In this document: in pieces, positions 1 to 12,662 of the stretch | Position numbering within the stretch: position 1 is the stretch's first letter | How the letters are laid out: each line of letters begins with the position of its first letter | From: Bugula neritina | Lineage: Eukaryota; Animalia; Bryozoa | DNA: 64,000 nucleotides | Assembly (NCBI GenBank): GCA_964035545.1 | Contig: OZ037767.1 | Coordinates: 693,680 to 757,679, forward strand | Reading direction: 5' to 3' | The notes under the pieces: model-generated | What the model was told of the DNA's origin: nothing | The model's database searches: none | Seen by the model: only the letters and a program-made list of their open reading frames with translations | Program-made: the position numbers and the translations under genes

Positions 1-35
1 ACCACGGAACACTGTACTTGCTATTATGGTTGTAG

Positions 36-2097
36 AGGTGCAGATATTTCTAAAGAAGAGGCTAGACTGGCTTTATTAGAGTTTGTTGCTGGAAACCGTT
101 GTTTTGGGAAAGGAGCCGCAGAGTCTATGGTGATCTCAACTGTAACGCCAACACATGCGTTACACGTAAGTGGATAACACTCTCTAAGGCAAATGACTGC
201 TATGACCGATTTGCGAGGAGTTGTTGACCCCTGTGGGGAATGTGTGTCACTAATAGCTAAATCTGCGATTAACAAATGCTTTGAATGTTATTAGTATACC
301 CTGGAGACGTTCCGGGAGGGTCGCACCACGTCCCGCAAGGAGAGACCATTGCGAGCAGACTCTGTAGCCAACGATCAAACTGATGCAAAACCTCCTAAGC
401 CGTGGGACATCGAGTGTGTACCAGAGAAGATGTTTGAGAACTACAAGCACAACATGCCAGTACCGCACACCAGTGAAGCTCGAGTGAGTTTAAATATAAC
501 TTAATTTCTTAACGACAGTCTTAGTTTGTGAGAAGACGCCTTCCTGCTCCCCAACTACGTTTAATTTTTTTGCTTTAGGCTTGTGGTCTATGCAGAGGTG
601 TGGGGTTTGTCAAGTGTGGAGAGTGCAAAGGTTACAGAAAGGTCAAGTGTTGGGCGTGTAAAGGAGAGGGGGCTATGCGCGGCCACAAAGGGATGCGTTG
701 TGGAACTTGTGGTAGCACATAAGATGTTATAAAATAGTTGAGATAAACTGTAACTCCATAATTTTACAAAAAACATTTGCATCGTTTAATTTATAACTTT
801 TGAGCTTACTGGAAATAACAACTAATACAGTTTGTTTATTAAACCTATTTGCTTTGAAGAGGGCAAAGGTCGCCGCAGCTGCAAGACATGTAACAAGAAG
901 GGAAAAATAGACTGCAGACACTGTACAGGTGTTGGAAAAGTAGAGAACTTCATAGAACTGTGTGTAACTTAGTGAGTTTCATGTCTTCATATACTTTAGT
1001 TGACAACTCAGGCTTTCTTATGAGAGACAAGGGATACTGTGAAGAAACTGTGGCTTATGTTTTCATACCTCCCACAGTAAAACAGCTTGTCATTATATAT
1101 AAACAAACTGCATAACGCTCACTAGAAAGTTCTAAATAATTAATATACGATGTAAATTCTGAGGTATCATTGCAAAACAAAATGAGTAACTCACATTGAC
1201 TTATGGTTGTTAACATAATATAAATTATCTACAAAAACTCATTTTGTAACAGTTGAAGCAACACTTTGAAAATATTAATAATTAAAAACTAAAATACTTT
1301 CAGCACAAATGACTCATCGGACTTTATTTTGGAAGAAACGGACATGCCGGATCACCTGGTGCGAGACGTATCAGGGGTGGAGCTGTTTCAGCAGGTGTTA
1401 CCTAAAGTGAGACTCAAATACCTTGTCAACTCTAATTTTAGTTTGTAACATGTTTCTGTGTACATATGATATGCTGAAACTCTTCTTCTCAACCCATAGT
1501 TCATTACATCACATGTCCTGCGCTATAACATACGGACAGGAAACTAATGTTACAGGTTGAGCCAATCACAACCTTCTCAGTTCATCACATTAATGAGAAT
1601 TCCATAAGAATGGTTGAGGAGTCGAGAGTTGCTTCCCCTAAAGAGAGACAAATTAGTCAGGTACACAAGTATATCTATAATATCTTATGAGAGAGTTTGT
1701 ACATTGTACTACAATCTGTCCTGCAGCATGAGTGCAATACAGCAATTTATCTGAGTGTACTACAACATTACCTGTACGTATTATAACTTTACCTGTACGT
1801 AATATAACGTTACCTGTACGTAATATAACGTTACCTGTACGTAATATAACGTTACCTGTACGTAATATAACGTTACCTGTACGTAATATAACGTTACCTG
1901 TACGTAATATAACGTTACCTGTACATAATATCACTTCACTTGTCTTTCAGAGACAAACACTCAGAGCTGTCCCCGTGTCAGAAGTCGCTTATAACTTCAA
2001 GGATAAAGCCTCAGTTTTCTGGGTCTATGGAAAGGAACGTCGTGTGTGTGCCCCCGACTATCCCCAGCAATGCTGCTGGGGCTGCAATATTCTGTAA
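36..2097 (+). CDS. SSUH2: SSUH2-like protein (CxxCxGxG zinc-finger repeats, C-terminal CaaX), 5' partial
   Basis: Frame-consistent exons 36-165, 295-483, 579-711, 860-971, 1304-1406, 1556-1660 and 1951-2097. Peptide includes EEARLALLEFV, PPKPWDI, VPHTSE, repeated CxxCxGxG units, FWVYGKERRVCAPDYP and terminal CCWGCNIL*. The start codon lies upstream of the window. Confidence 0.85.
1766..1930. repeat. 21-bp minisatellite (ttacctgtacgtaatataacg, ~8 copies) in the last SSUH2 intron
   Basis: Visible tandem copies; they explain the ITLPVRN / GNVILRT repeat ORFs. Confidence 0.95.
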
Positions 2098-2816
2098 AGT
2101 GTTGATGCAAAAGTTAATTTGAGTAGAAATGAGTTGCTACTTTGTATAACATGTGTGGATGACTTTATAACTTAGATAACTCCCATATGATGCTAATAAA
2201 TAAATATTATACAAACAACAGTTAAAGTTGTTAGTATTTTTTATCAAAGAACATTAACTTTAGCTCAAGTTCCAAAAAGAGAGGAAAGTATTTATATTTA
2301 TATTACCATCTGCATCTAGCTTAAATTTGTAACATTTTTGGATAGAAATTAAAGAGATTTCACATATAAAAGGAAACTATCAACTTGTAGGTGGACAGCA
2401 ACACGTACTACACAACACCCAATACTATCAAATTACTGCTACTCTTCACAGAGTTTGTCACAGTACTTTTTACAATGTACTTGTGTAATAATAACATCTA
2501 ATAATCTTTTAATATTAAATATACAGAAATACAATATATATTATGTTGTTCTGTCCCCAGTGGCTCTACATGATGGCCACAGAACACTCTGATCTAGCTA
2601 TTGTGTTCATCTATAATCTATATTACAATAACAATAGACAACTTTTCTACTCTGACCACTGATGCAGCTTTTGCAAACGCAGGGAACTATTGTGGGGGCG
2701 GGGAGATAACTAGCTTTGGGAAGTAGCACATTTTTAGATTGGGTACAAAACTGTAGAATGTCGTAATTGTAAAACAATTTGTTAATTTCTTTGCCGGTAA
2801 CTAACGGAATGTGAGC

Positions 2817-2875
2817 TGACTGATGGAGATTTTATTCACTTCCTGTTCAAGCAGTTTCCGGTTTGTCCATTTTTT
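2817..2875 (+). promoter_or_regulatory. Putative AP3S core promoter with ETS-like motifs
   Basis: CACTTCCTG and TTTCCGGT lie ~100 bp upstream of the ATG. Motif match only. Confidence 0.35.
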
Positions 2876-2956
2876 GTTACAATAAAATATATTTAATTTT
2901 ATGATACCCGTGCCGCCTATTTAATTTATTTTGAATCATTTACGTGCAAAATTACA

Positions 2957-5900
2957 ATGATCAAAGCTATCCTTGTGTTCAACAATCATGGAAAGCCACG
3001 GCTTACAAAATTTTATTATCATTACGTAAGTGATATTTATTAATAATTCGCATCTGACTCTCGCTCTCACTCTGTAACACTAACACTAACAGTAACAGTT
3101 AGTGTTACACTTACAGTAACTGTAAAACTAACTCTAAGACTGTAACTGTAAGACTATGGCTAAGAGTAAGTGTATTTTACTATTTATAATTGACTATTGT
3201 CAATTGTGTAGCACTAACTGCAAGTCACGCTCACTCACACTGTGACTGGATGTCAGTAACTCAAACTGTAAGTCAAAGTGTAGCACTTGCACTAAAGTCT
3301 GAAAGTAACACTAACGCTACGTCCAACTTAGACTGAAACTTTAATTCACTAACTGTAAACTGAACTCAAAGTAAAAGTGTAGGACTAAGACTAAGTCACT
3401 TTCAAATTGTAAATGTATGTTATTACTATTAGTATTAGATTAGTGTTACTATTAGTACTACTACTAGTTCTGAGTACTGCTCGAACTAGAAGTACTAGTA
3501 CTAGTAGAATAAAATTAAGTCAATAACTATTACTATTAGCAATAATGTTGCTATTACTATAGCTATAGTAATTACTATTACTATTAGTATTAGTATAGTG
3601 TATACACTATACTAGTAACTATATAGTCTAGTATGTTATAAATTATAGCATAGGCAATCTTATGGTAATAGTTATTTGTTTTCTACTTGCTAGCCGTACT
3701 CAGAACTAGCACTGGTACCGCTACTAGTATTAGTAATAATACTAATAGTAGTGTCAGTGTTATTGCTAGTCAGTAAAGTCTAGCCTAACAGGATCAATAT
3801 TTACCTTGCAGTATGAGTAATAAAGTTCTAAGTAAATTTAAAATTGAAGTGAGCGAATTAATTGTTGATGTTTATTTTAATTTCAAGTGTTTCTAAAATT
3901 TTAATATAAGTTTTAAAAATAAAAATGAATGAGTATATTTCAATTTTGACTCTTTAAACTTTGGAAGAAATTGACATTAAAATTGCATATGATTGTTGAA
4001 TTGACCTAGTCATATGCCTTGCACAATCATTGCAGTGAAAGACTGATTTTGAGATTTAATGGAGTTATTTTGTGTTTAATTTTAGGCAGAAGATGAACAG
4101 CAGAATATCATAAAGGAAACATTTCAGCTGATAAGTAGGAGAGATGAAAATATATGTAACTTTCTGGAAGGCGGCTCTTTGATAGGCGGATCGGATTTTA
4201 AATTGATATACCGACATTACGCCACTCTTTATTTCGTGTTCTGCGTAGATTCTTCAGAAAGTGAATTAGGAATACTAGATCTAATACAGGTGTGTATGAC
4301 TCATATATAATACAGGTGTGTATGACTCATATATAATGCAGGTGTGTATGACTCATATATAATACAGGTGTGTATGACTCATATATAATACAGGTGTGTG
4401 TGATTCGTATATAATACAAGTGTGTATGACTCATATATAATGCAGGTGTGTATGACTCATATATGATACAGGTGGGTGTGACTCATACAGGTAAACTATG
4501 AATATAATGTAAACTATTTGAATTACTTTCTATTGCAGGTGTTTGTTGAAACGTTAGACAAATGTTTTGAAAATGTGTGCGAGTTGGATATTATCTTCCA
4601 CGTTGACAAGGTTGGTGTATAGTCTGAGTATATACTCTGTAGGTACATAATATACTGTATGAAATAGTCTGAGTATATACTCTGTAGGTACATAATATAC
4701 TGTATGAGATAGTCTGAGTATATACTCTGTAGGTACATAACATATTGAATGAGATAGTGATGGGTGGAATGGTGCTGGAAACCAACACAAGTGAAATTAT
4801 CACGAGGATAGAGGAACAAGCTAAGCTGGAGAAATCAGAGGTCAGTATCCCTCTGTACCCCCACTCTCTCTTCTGGCACTACACCATGCCGTATAGGGCC
4901 TCTGCCCTGTAATACAGCCCCCAACTCCCCAGTGTTCTATCTGGAGTCCCTTCATTATTTATTAGTTTACCAAACGATTAATTTACTCAGTTTTTAAATT
5001 CTTCTAAATGTTTGGAATATGTGGGATTTTATTTCAAGTCTTCAACCCCCCTGCATACAATACACTACTTTCATCCACTCCTGAATGTCCTGACCAACTT
5101 GTTGTTTTTGTGAAGTTTGAAATGTAAACCGTTTCCATGGTAACAGATTGTTGTACTTCTTCACTATTCATTTTATTTTTGTTGCGAGATTTTTGTTAGA
5201 GATTATAACTTAGCTCATCTATGATTTGCTCAATTTTGTTCGTTTTTTTGGTATGTTTGTAGTTGATCTCATAAATTAGCGCAGCTAGCTGTGTGAAATC
5301 AGTCCAATTAAACTATACTTTACTTGTTTATTCATTAAACTGTGTTACAATAGAAATTCTCTCAAATTAAATTGCTGGACAGTGTAGTTACTGGCACTAA
5401 TTGAAAAACTCACACTGGGTAGTATGGATATTAGTATAGTAGTTATTAACCTAACAAAGAAAAGTTTTTTAAAATCTTGACATTTGTTTGTCTCAAGTCA
5501 AACTTGGCAAGTTTCAGGTCGTATTATCAATTGATGCTCAGCACAGGCTTGTCAAGTAATCAAGCAGCTTCATTTCAGTTATATTAGTCCACGCTAGGAG
5601 TTGTATACCCAAAATAACTCCATATGCACCATAAATATGCAATAGTTTCAGCTTTATTTGTTGTTGAAGTTCACATCTACATGTATAGAGGTACTGGGTA
5701 ATTTGATTCTCTTTATTAACATTACTATGGTGTCACATCAGCTAACTATTGTATATTGTGTTGGAGAGACATATATAGTCTAGGAGTGTTGGAGAGACAT
5801 ATATAGTCTAGGAGTGTTGGAGAGACATACTGCTGTATTCAAAATACTTGCTTAACTAAACCAGTAATTCAACTACTTTTATTTTACATGAATTGATTTA

Positions 5901-6916
5901 TTGAATAAACAGATGAAAATAAAATTAGTTTTAAAATTATATGAAAGTAATAAAACAGTAAGCAGTTTATACAAAAATTGACCATGATGAAAAATGCCAA
6001 GTTACAGGTATTGTAACTCTGTTGAGGTCCACACAAGATAATCATTAATAAATGGAGTAGAGATTTCCAATATTAAGTCAGCTAGTAAAAGTGTAGAATG
6101 GTTTTATTAACTGGGAATTAAACAGCACAGTAGTCCACAATTCTACCTCCTAGCCACAAGATCTGCTCAATACAGGTGAACATACTGGAGTCATTAGGAT
6201 ATGTAATTACAGTATATTTAGAAGTTGTAAGCCCATTCTTATTAGGAAATATAATAACTCCAACATAATAATATAGGCTTATCTTGTATTTTCAAACAAA
6301 TTTGTTGGCTGAAATTGTCAAGTAAACTGTTAATCATTATATTATAACTGTAGGCTGTAGTGGACCAAAGCTTACTGTTTCATCGTTACACGACACTTGA
6401 TCATAAGTCCGCCATTGAAGGAAACAGGTCAATCAATTTGCTGCTTTAGGCTCCCTTGAATAAGGCAATCCCCCAACACTCCCCCCTGATTCAATTCATT
6501 ATCTAATTCCCTAAGAAATACAGGCACTTTCTTCCGAGTGCTTACAATCTGCCATCTTTTCATTGGAGGTGTAACTGGGTACAGATTACTCCCAGCATGT
6601 CTTCTTGATCAGCTCCACTGTGCATGTGCAGTCAGCCAGTCTTCTGGGCCACTTGGGCCGGTTCTTGTTGGGTCCCTCTGTCTATTACACACTATTTTCC
6701 GTTCGGTGACAGACTATGTTTAGGAGTTGTCTTTACTGACAGTCTTGCAGATTTCCTAGTTTAGAGTTTCTTCTACAGATAATACATGCTTGTGTTATGT
6801 TGTAGGCTGGTATAGGAGCCGCCCCGCAGAGAGCGGCAGCAGCCATAAAAGATATGAATATACCTCAAAAGTTCAAGGACATTAAATTACCGGACATTCC
6901 GAACTTTAAATTCTAA
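2957..6916 (+). CDS. AP3S: AP-3 complex subunit sigma (AP3S1/2-like), ~187 aa
   Basis: Exons 2957-3025, 4086-4289, 4539-4610, 4733-4840 and 6806-6916. Peptide MIKAILVFNNHGKPRLTKFY...LIYRHYATLYFVFCVDSSESELGILDLIQVFVETLDKCFENVCELDIIFHVDKVHNILNEIVMGGMVLETN is diagnostic. Confidence 0.96.
4283..4491. repeat. 26-bp minisatellite containing the AP3S exon 2 donor junction (aatacag|gtgtgtatgactcatatat, ~8 copies)
   Basis: The first copy overlaps the real exon end at 4289/4290. Confidence 0.95.
4619..4757. repeat. 45-bp triplication spanning the AP3S intron 3 acceptor and the start of exon 4
   Basis: tctgtag|gtacataa occurs with the AG at 4641-2, 4686-7 and 4731-2. Confidence 0.92.
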
Positions 6917-7122
6917 CGCCTATCAAGTATTTTCATGTGAACGCAATTTCCCTCATGTATATAAACTATATTAATAAATTATACTTGTACTGATAATTGG
7001 AATAACTTTTATAAATATTATTTTTAATTTATCCAATAAAGAATACAAAGTCTTTTCTTTAAACCTTTACAGTTCAATAAAATAACCAAATACCATCACA
7101 CTCTGCTGTAGCCTCAGGAACT

Positions 7123-8025
7123 CTATGATACCTTCAGATTAGGGCTGTCTGGAAGACTACTCCGCACAGCCCTAGCCATATTCTTTGGCAGCGCCACATC
7201 TACGCTGCCGCTGAAGATCTGTCTGGTGTCTGTGATGCCACTGAAGTCCAGCTCTAGAATCACACCCCTCAGCTTTTCCTTGCTTATCTTTACTAACATT
7301 TCTTCATTTACATGCACTGAAAGTGATGTATGGTGCAGTCAATATACATCATACTAAAGGTACAGTATACAACTCTCTGGTCACATGATAGAAAACCTTC
7401 TTAGGTCAAACAAAGGTTACTCACAATAATTTTCAAACTTGACATTCATTGAGTGAATGACTGCATTAGGATATGTGGTAGCGATCACGCCCGATAGATG
7501 CCTGCAACAGAACAGTCGAGGTTTTGACCAGATACTGGCAGAATAACGAGTTGAAAACTAAATTGAAAATTAACACAAACATACAGCTAAAGACGTCTCT
7601 AGAAGCAAATTACATCTGACCATTTCGAGCCCTTGCAAAGACTTTCTATGGATATCAATTCTTTGAAAACTTTATGGATAAGCTGGTATATGATGGCGAC
7701 ACAAAGCAGAAGCCATACCTCCAAACTCTGAACATGTAGTTGAGAAAATTTGGGAAAGAAATGAACACTTTCACATTACTGAGTACTGAGTAGTAATAAT
7801 AATCTCAACCTACCCCAGCATTAGCACGCCGTGCACAATAGGTTTGCCATATCTACTAGTACTACTGGTGTCTGTGTGTATGGGGTTGTGATCTCCTGAC
7901 AAATCTGCAAACTTGTTTACTTCACTCTGTGAGAAGACAACACTCGAGGACATTGTGCTATGATTTCTCAGCCACTGAGTTAAACATCTAGCAGCAGAAG
8001 TGCAAGGCGAATAAACTTGCTGCAT
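7123..8025 (-). CDS. HTD2: Mitochondrial hydroxyacyl-thioester dehydratase type 2-like (MaoC hot-dog fold), ~160 aa
   Basis: Exons 8025-7814, 7501-7425 and 7316-7123 join in frame. Contains the hydratase-2 motif FADLSGDHNPIH and PIVHGVL. The N-terminus is rich in Ser/Thr/Arg, lacks acidic residues and resembles a transit peptide. Confidence 0.8.
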
Positions 8026-8974
8026 CTGTAACAATACCAGTAGCTATCATTCTCATAAGCTAGATAGCAAAACTGTTGTAGCAATTGAATAAGAGAATCA
8101 TAATTTAAAATTGAAAATAAATTTAGCACCAGTATTATTAAAATAAGTATTAGCATCATCATTGTGCAAAATACATTATCATCAGTTTGAGTTGAATTGG
8201 TTTAGTGACAGTCCTTCAATCTTCAGATGAATGCTAGTATTAATATAGACCTATCTATAAATATCAAAATGGGTTTTCATTAAATTCAATTCCAAAGACT
8301 AAAAGTCTGTAAAACTTTAAACATTAATACTAGAGCCCCCAGAATGCATCCTAGCAATAAATTCCAAAAATTGAAGAGATTAACTTCATCATCAGTACTA
8401 CTAGTACTACCATCATAACGTGCAGAATAGTTGACTATCACTATTAGTATTACTATTACTAATAGTAATACTAATAGTGATAGTATTAGTATTACTATTA
8501 GTATTACATTTACAATAGAATTACTGTGTATTACTATTAATATTATTATTATGTAAGTAATAGTATTAGTTTGTTCTATTATTAATAATTAATTTCATCA
8601 ATCAGCAGTTTAATTTTCAGCAAGATCAAAATATTAAAAATAATTCATATTTCAATTTATATTCAAATTCATATTGATACTTTAATTGTATTATTCATTT
8701 TGTAATTCAAATTGGTAGCAAAATTGAAATTTAAACTGTTTTGTTAAAAATACTGAAAGTGTGCCAAAACTTAAATTCCGGAGCAACCATCACCATGCAC
8801 TTGACTTTAGCATTTGCTATTTCGCGTTGGCAATTTGCTGATAAAATAATGCAATTTTGCACTAGCCACTGCTTAAAATTAATGCACGTTAGTAAAACAA
8901 TTTTTTATTTATTTACTAACATCCGTTTTCGTAGTACATGCGCAATAGCGAGATAATAGTCGTATCCGTCAAGA

Positions 8975-11900
8975 ATGGCGATTTCTTTAACTAGGTAAGT
9001 TCCAGTAGCCATCGTTATCACGCAAGTTTATCGACATAATGGAAATGATTTTTTAATAAAAACTCATGAAATAAAATTAGGACATTTTTGCTGGATATAG
9101 TTCAATTTATATGGAAATGCTATTCGGATAATATTGAAAAAAGTATATGAACATCATTAATTTTAAACATTATGATTATGATTATCATTATGAATATGAT
9201 TATCTTAATCTAAATGATTATGATTGTCATTATGATAATGATTATGATTAGTATTACGAGTAATTTAAGGATTATGATTTATTCATTTTATTATTATCAT
9301 CATCATTATGCTCGTTTATTGTTTTATATTAATATCGATATTGGAATAATTAGTTTTTGTAATTGCTAGTTATAAGTTAATGTTATTGTCACTTGTCAGT
9401 CATGAATAATCAGTAATCAGTAATGACTAATGAATAATCATAAATCATTAAATGATAATGGTATGAGTTCTCAACTTCTGTGATAGTTTTAGTTTAGTTT
9501 ACTATACTCATTAAGCTTGTATTCTAAATCATTTCAATTTATTTATATACTTTGTTTTGCATGTTCCAGTTTTCTGCCAAAACCAACGCAATATGTCTAC
9601 GACCGAGAGGAGGAAGAGAGAAATGCAACGAAAACATCCACACAGGTGTAACACTACTTCTATATAACACAGTGTATTCTACTTCTATATAACACGCTAT
9701 ATTTTACTGTTAATATTGTACTCTTACAGATAGCCTTGGCTCATGCCTCCACTGCCCCACCTTATGGTCACAGACGGGGGTGGGTGCCCCGCACACAACA
9801 AGTAAGTCTACTCTCAGCTATCTGTTTATACGTATTTCCTGTTGCATATGATACACCTAAACCTACACGTGGTAAACCTCTGCCTGTGTAGGACTTTGGT
9901 GATGGAGGGGCATACCCGGAGATCCACGTGGCGCAGTACCCTCTGTTTATGGGGAAGGAGAAGACCTCCACCAACGCCCTCACTAAGACTCTGGATGCAG
10001 AGGGTAAAGTGAGGTATGACATCATAGCTAAACATGGCCACTCCAAGGACAAGGTGAGCAGCTCTAGACTGACTATGTTATGCCGTGTGATTATGTTATA
10101 TTACTATATGACTGTATTATGTTACTCCGTGATTATATTGTGTTATTATGATATTGTATGATGCTAATATATTGAAGTTTGATTGTATTATTTTATCGTA
10201 TGATTGTAATATGTTATTGTATGACTGTATTATATTACCGTATGATTGTAGGTAGTACACAGTAAGTTTCAAGATCTTGTGGCTAAACCAATGGAAGATG
10301 AAGACAAGCTACAAAGACCAGACGAGGATGATATTGCAGAGGTAACCTTCACCTTTGATACATATACTGTATATATACTCTGCTACTCTACTCTGTGAGA
10401 TGATATATTTATATCTGCTTTGTGATTGGTAGACGACAGAAAGGACAAGAGCTGCCTTGGAGAAGTTGGTTGCTGGGAAAATATCGGCAGCAATGCCAGT
10501 GAAGGCAGCGGAAAAGAAGGCGCCTGCCCAGTATATAAGGTGATTAATAATATACTATATTGTATAGACTATAGAGTATTGCACACTATACAGTATATAA
10601 GGTGATACACAGTATATAAGGTGATACATACTATACTGTATATAATATAGATACACTCCCTCTCAACAAGGACCTGCCTTCAATTCCGGAGCCAAACAGA
10701 GGATCATCAGAATGGTTGAGGTTCAGAAAGATCCCATGGAGCCTCCCAAGTTTAAAACAAATAAAAAGATACCTCGGGGCCCTCCTTCCCCACCCGCACC
10801 GGTTATGCATTCTCCCAACAGAAAGGTGGGCTAGATAAACTCCAATTACTTTTCACAGCATACTTTATAATATCACCATTTAGTTCTATGCAGTGCTATG
10901 CATTGTGGGACGATGTATCTCACGGAAGTCTGTGTGTCCTGCAGGTGACGGTGAAGGAGCAGGCGGAGTGGAAGATTCCCCCCAGCATATCCAACTGGAA
11001 GAACGCCAAGGGCTTCACAATTCCTCTGGACAAAAGACTAGCAGCTGACGGGAGGGGCCTGCAGGGTGTCCACATTAACGAGAACTTTGCTAAGTTGGCC
11101 AGCGCTCTCTACATAGCTGATAGAAAGGTGAGCTAATAGCATATAGGGAGGTGAGTTAATAGCTGATATTACATATGATGTTAGGAGTTGTGGGCACGTG
11201 GTGTTACATGTAGTAATGTATCTCACAGGCCAGAGAAGCTGTGGAGACCAGGGCTAAGGTAGAGAAGCAGCTGGCGTCGAGAGAGAAAGAGAAGAAAGAG
11301 GAGAGACTGAGGAACCTGGCCCAGAAGGCGAGGGATGAGAGGGCCGGTATCAAGACGGTAGAGGACCACGACGAGGATCTGCAGATGAGGGAAGACATCA
11401 GGAGAGAGCGGCACAAGGAGCGACAGCGGGACAGAAACCTCGCCAGAGCTGGTGCTGACAAACGCAATAGAATACAGAAAGAAAGAGAGCGAGACATCTC
11501 TGAGAAGATAGCCTTGGGTCTGCCTAACACTGGCGGAGGTAGCCGTGACTCTGAGGCTATGTTTGACCAGAGACTGTATAACAAGGACAGGGTGAGAGAG
11601 ATGTTACACTTGTGTTTCACTATTCTCTAGAACGTTCCAGTAGCCAGTGGATAATTCTAACTGTGGTGTTTACAGGGCATGGGGTCAGGGTTCAAGGACG
11701 ACGAGGCATATGATGTCTACGACCAGCCGTGGCGCAAAGACCAGAGTATTGGCTCAAATATCTACAGACCCGGCAAGAATATCAGCAAAGACTACACTGA
11801 CGACTACGAGTCCTTGGTCAAGAATAACAGGTAGATAGAGTAGAGATGTATTGATAGAATATAGATGTATTGATAGAGTATAGATGTATTGATAGAATAT

Positions 11901-12213
11901 AGATGTATTGATAGAGTATAGATGTATTGATAGGGTATACATGTATTGATAGAGTATACATGTATTGATAAAATATAGATGTGTTGATAGAATATAGATG
12001 TATTGATGTGTGGACAGGTTTGTGCCAGACAAGCAGTTTGCCGGGACAGATCGCTCACAGAAGAAAGACGGTCCAGTGCAGTTTGAAAAAGATGATGACG
12101 ATTTCTTTGGACTCGCTAAGTTTTTGCAAGAGGCCAAACAAGGAGCTAAACGACATGCCCCCGAGGATAGAGGTAGCAGCAGGTACGACAGGAAACGTGA
12201 GCGAAGGGACTGA
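8975..12213 (+). CDS. SNW1: SNW domain-containing protein 1 (SKIP/Prp45), ~532 aa
   Basis: Eleven exons: 8975-8994, 9570-9645, 9730-9801, 9892-10053, 10252-10341, 10433-10539, 10651-10825, 10945-11127, 11229-11591, 11676-11830, 12018-12213. Motifs DFGDGGAYPEIHVAQYP, DPMEPPKFK, WKIPPSISNWKNAKG, RERDISEKIALG, GPVQFEK. Confidence 0.97.
11838..12007. repeat. 19-bp minisatellite (tagatgtattgatagaata, ~9 copies) filling the last SNW1 intron
   Basis: Visible tandem copies occupy most of intron 11831-12017. Confidence 0.93.
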
Positions 12214-12662
12214 GGCTAAGTTAGGGCTGGTGTTGACTGTGTACATAGTGACATGGAACTGAAGCTATATCTTATGTTAGACCAGTACAGCCGCCTCTCT
12301 CTGCGGAATCAAAACTTTTACATTCTATTGTTTATTATGAATTCAGCTCAACTGAGAAGAAGGAAACTGTAAATACAAGTAAAATATTATGATTTACTTT
12401 ATGGTGCACTATTCAGTATGATACTTAGGTGTAAAATAATGTATGTAAGTAATCAAGGCAGCTTCAAACATGCTGGAAAAGGAATATAGTTTAAATAGTA
12501 AAGAAAATAATTTCTAAATTAGCTTTAGTAATAACTTCTAATGTAATGAAGAGTCGAATAGGCTATCTAGTAGTCCATATTGTTGTCATGTTGTGTGAGG
12601 ACAACTCTGTATTGTCTGCTGTACAATATACTGTATATACACGATGTAAGATAACTCCTAAT

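Noticed and set aside
6420-6760. GC-richer segment in AP3S intron 4, possible retroelement fragment or nested exon
   Set aside because: Short interrupted frames only; no recognisable motif or termini.
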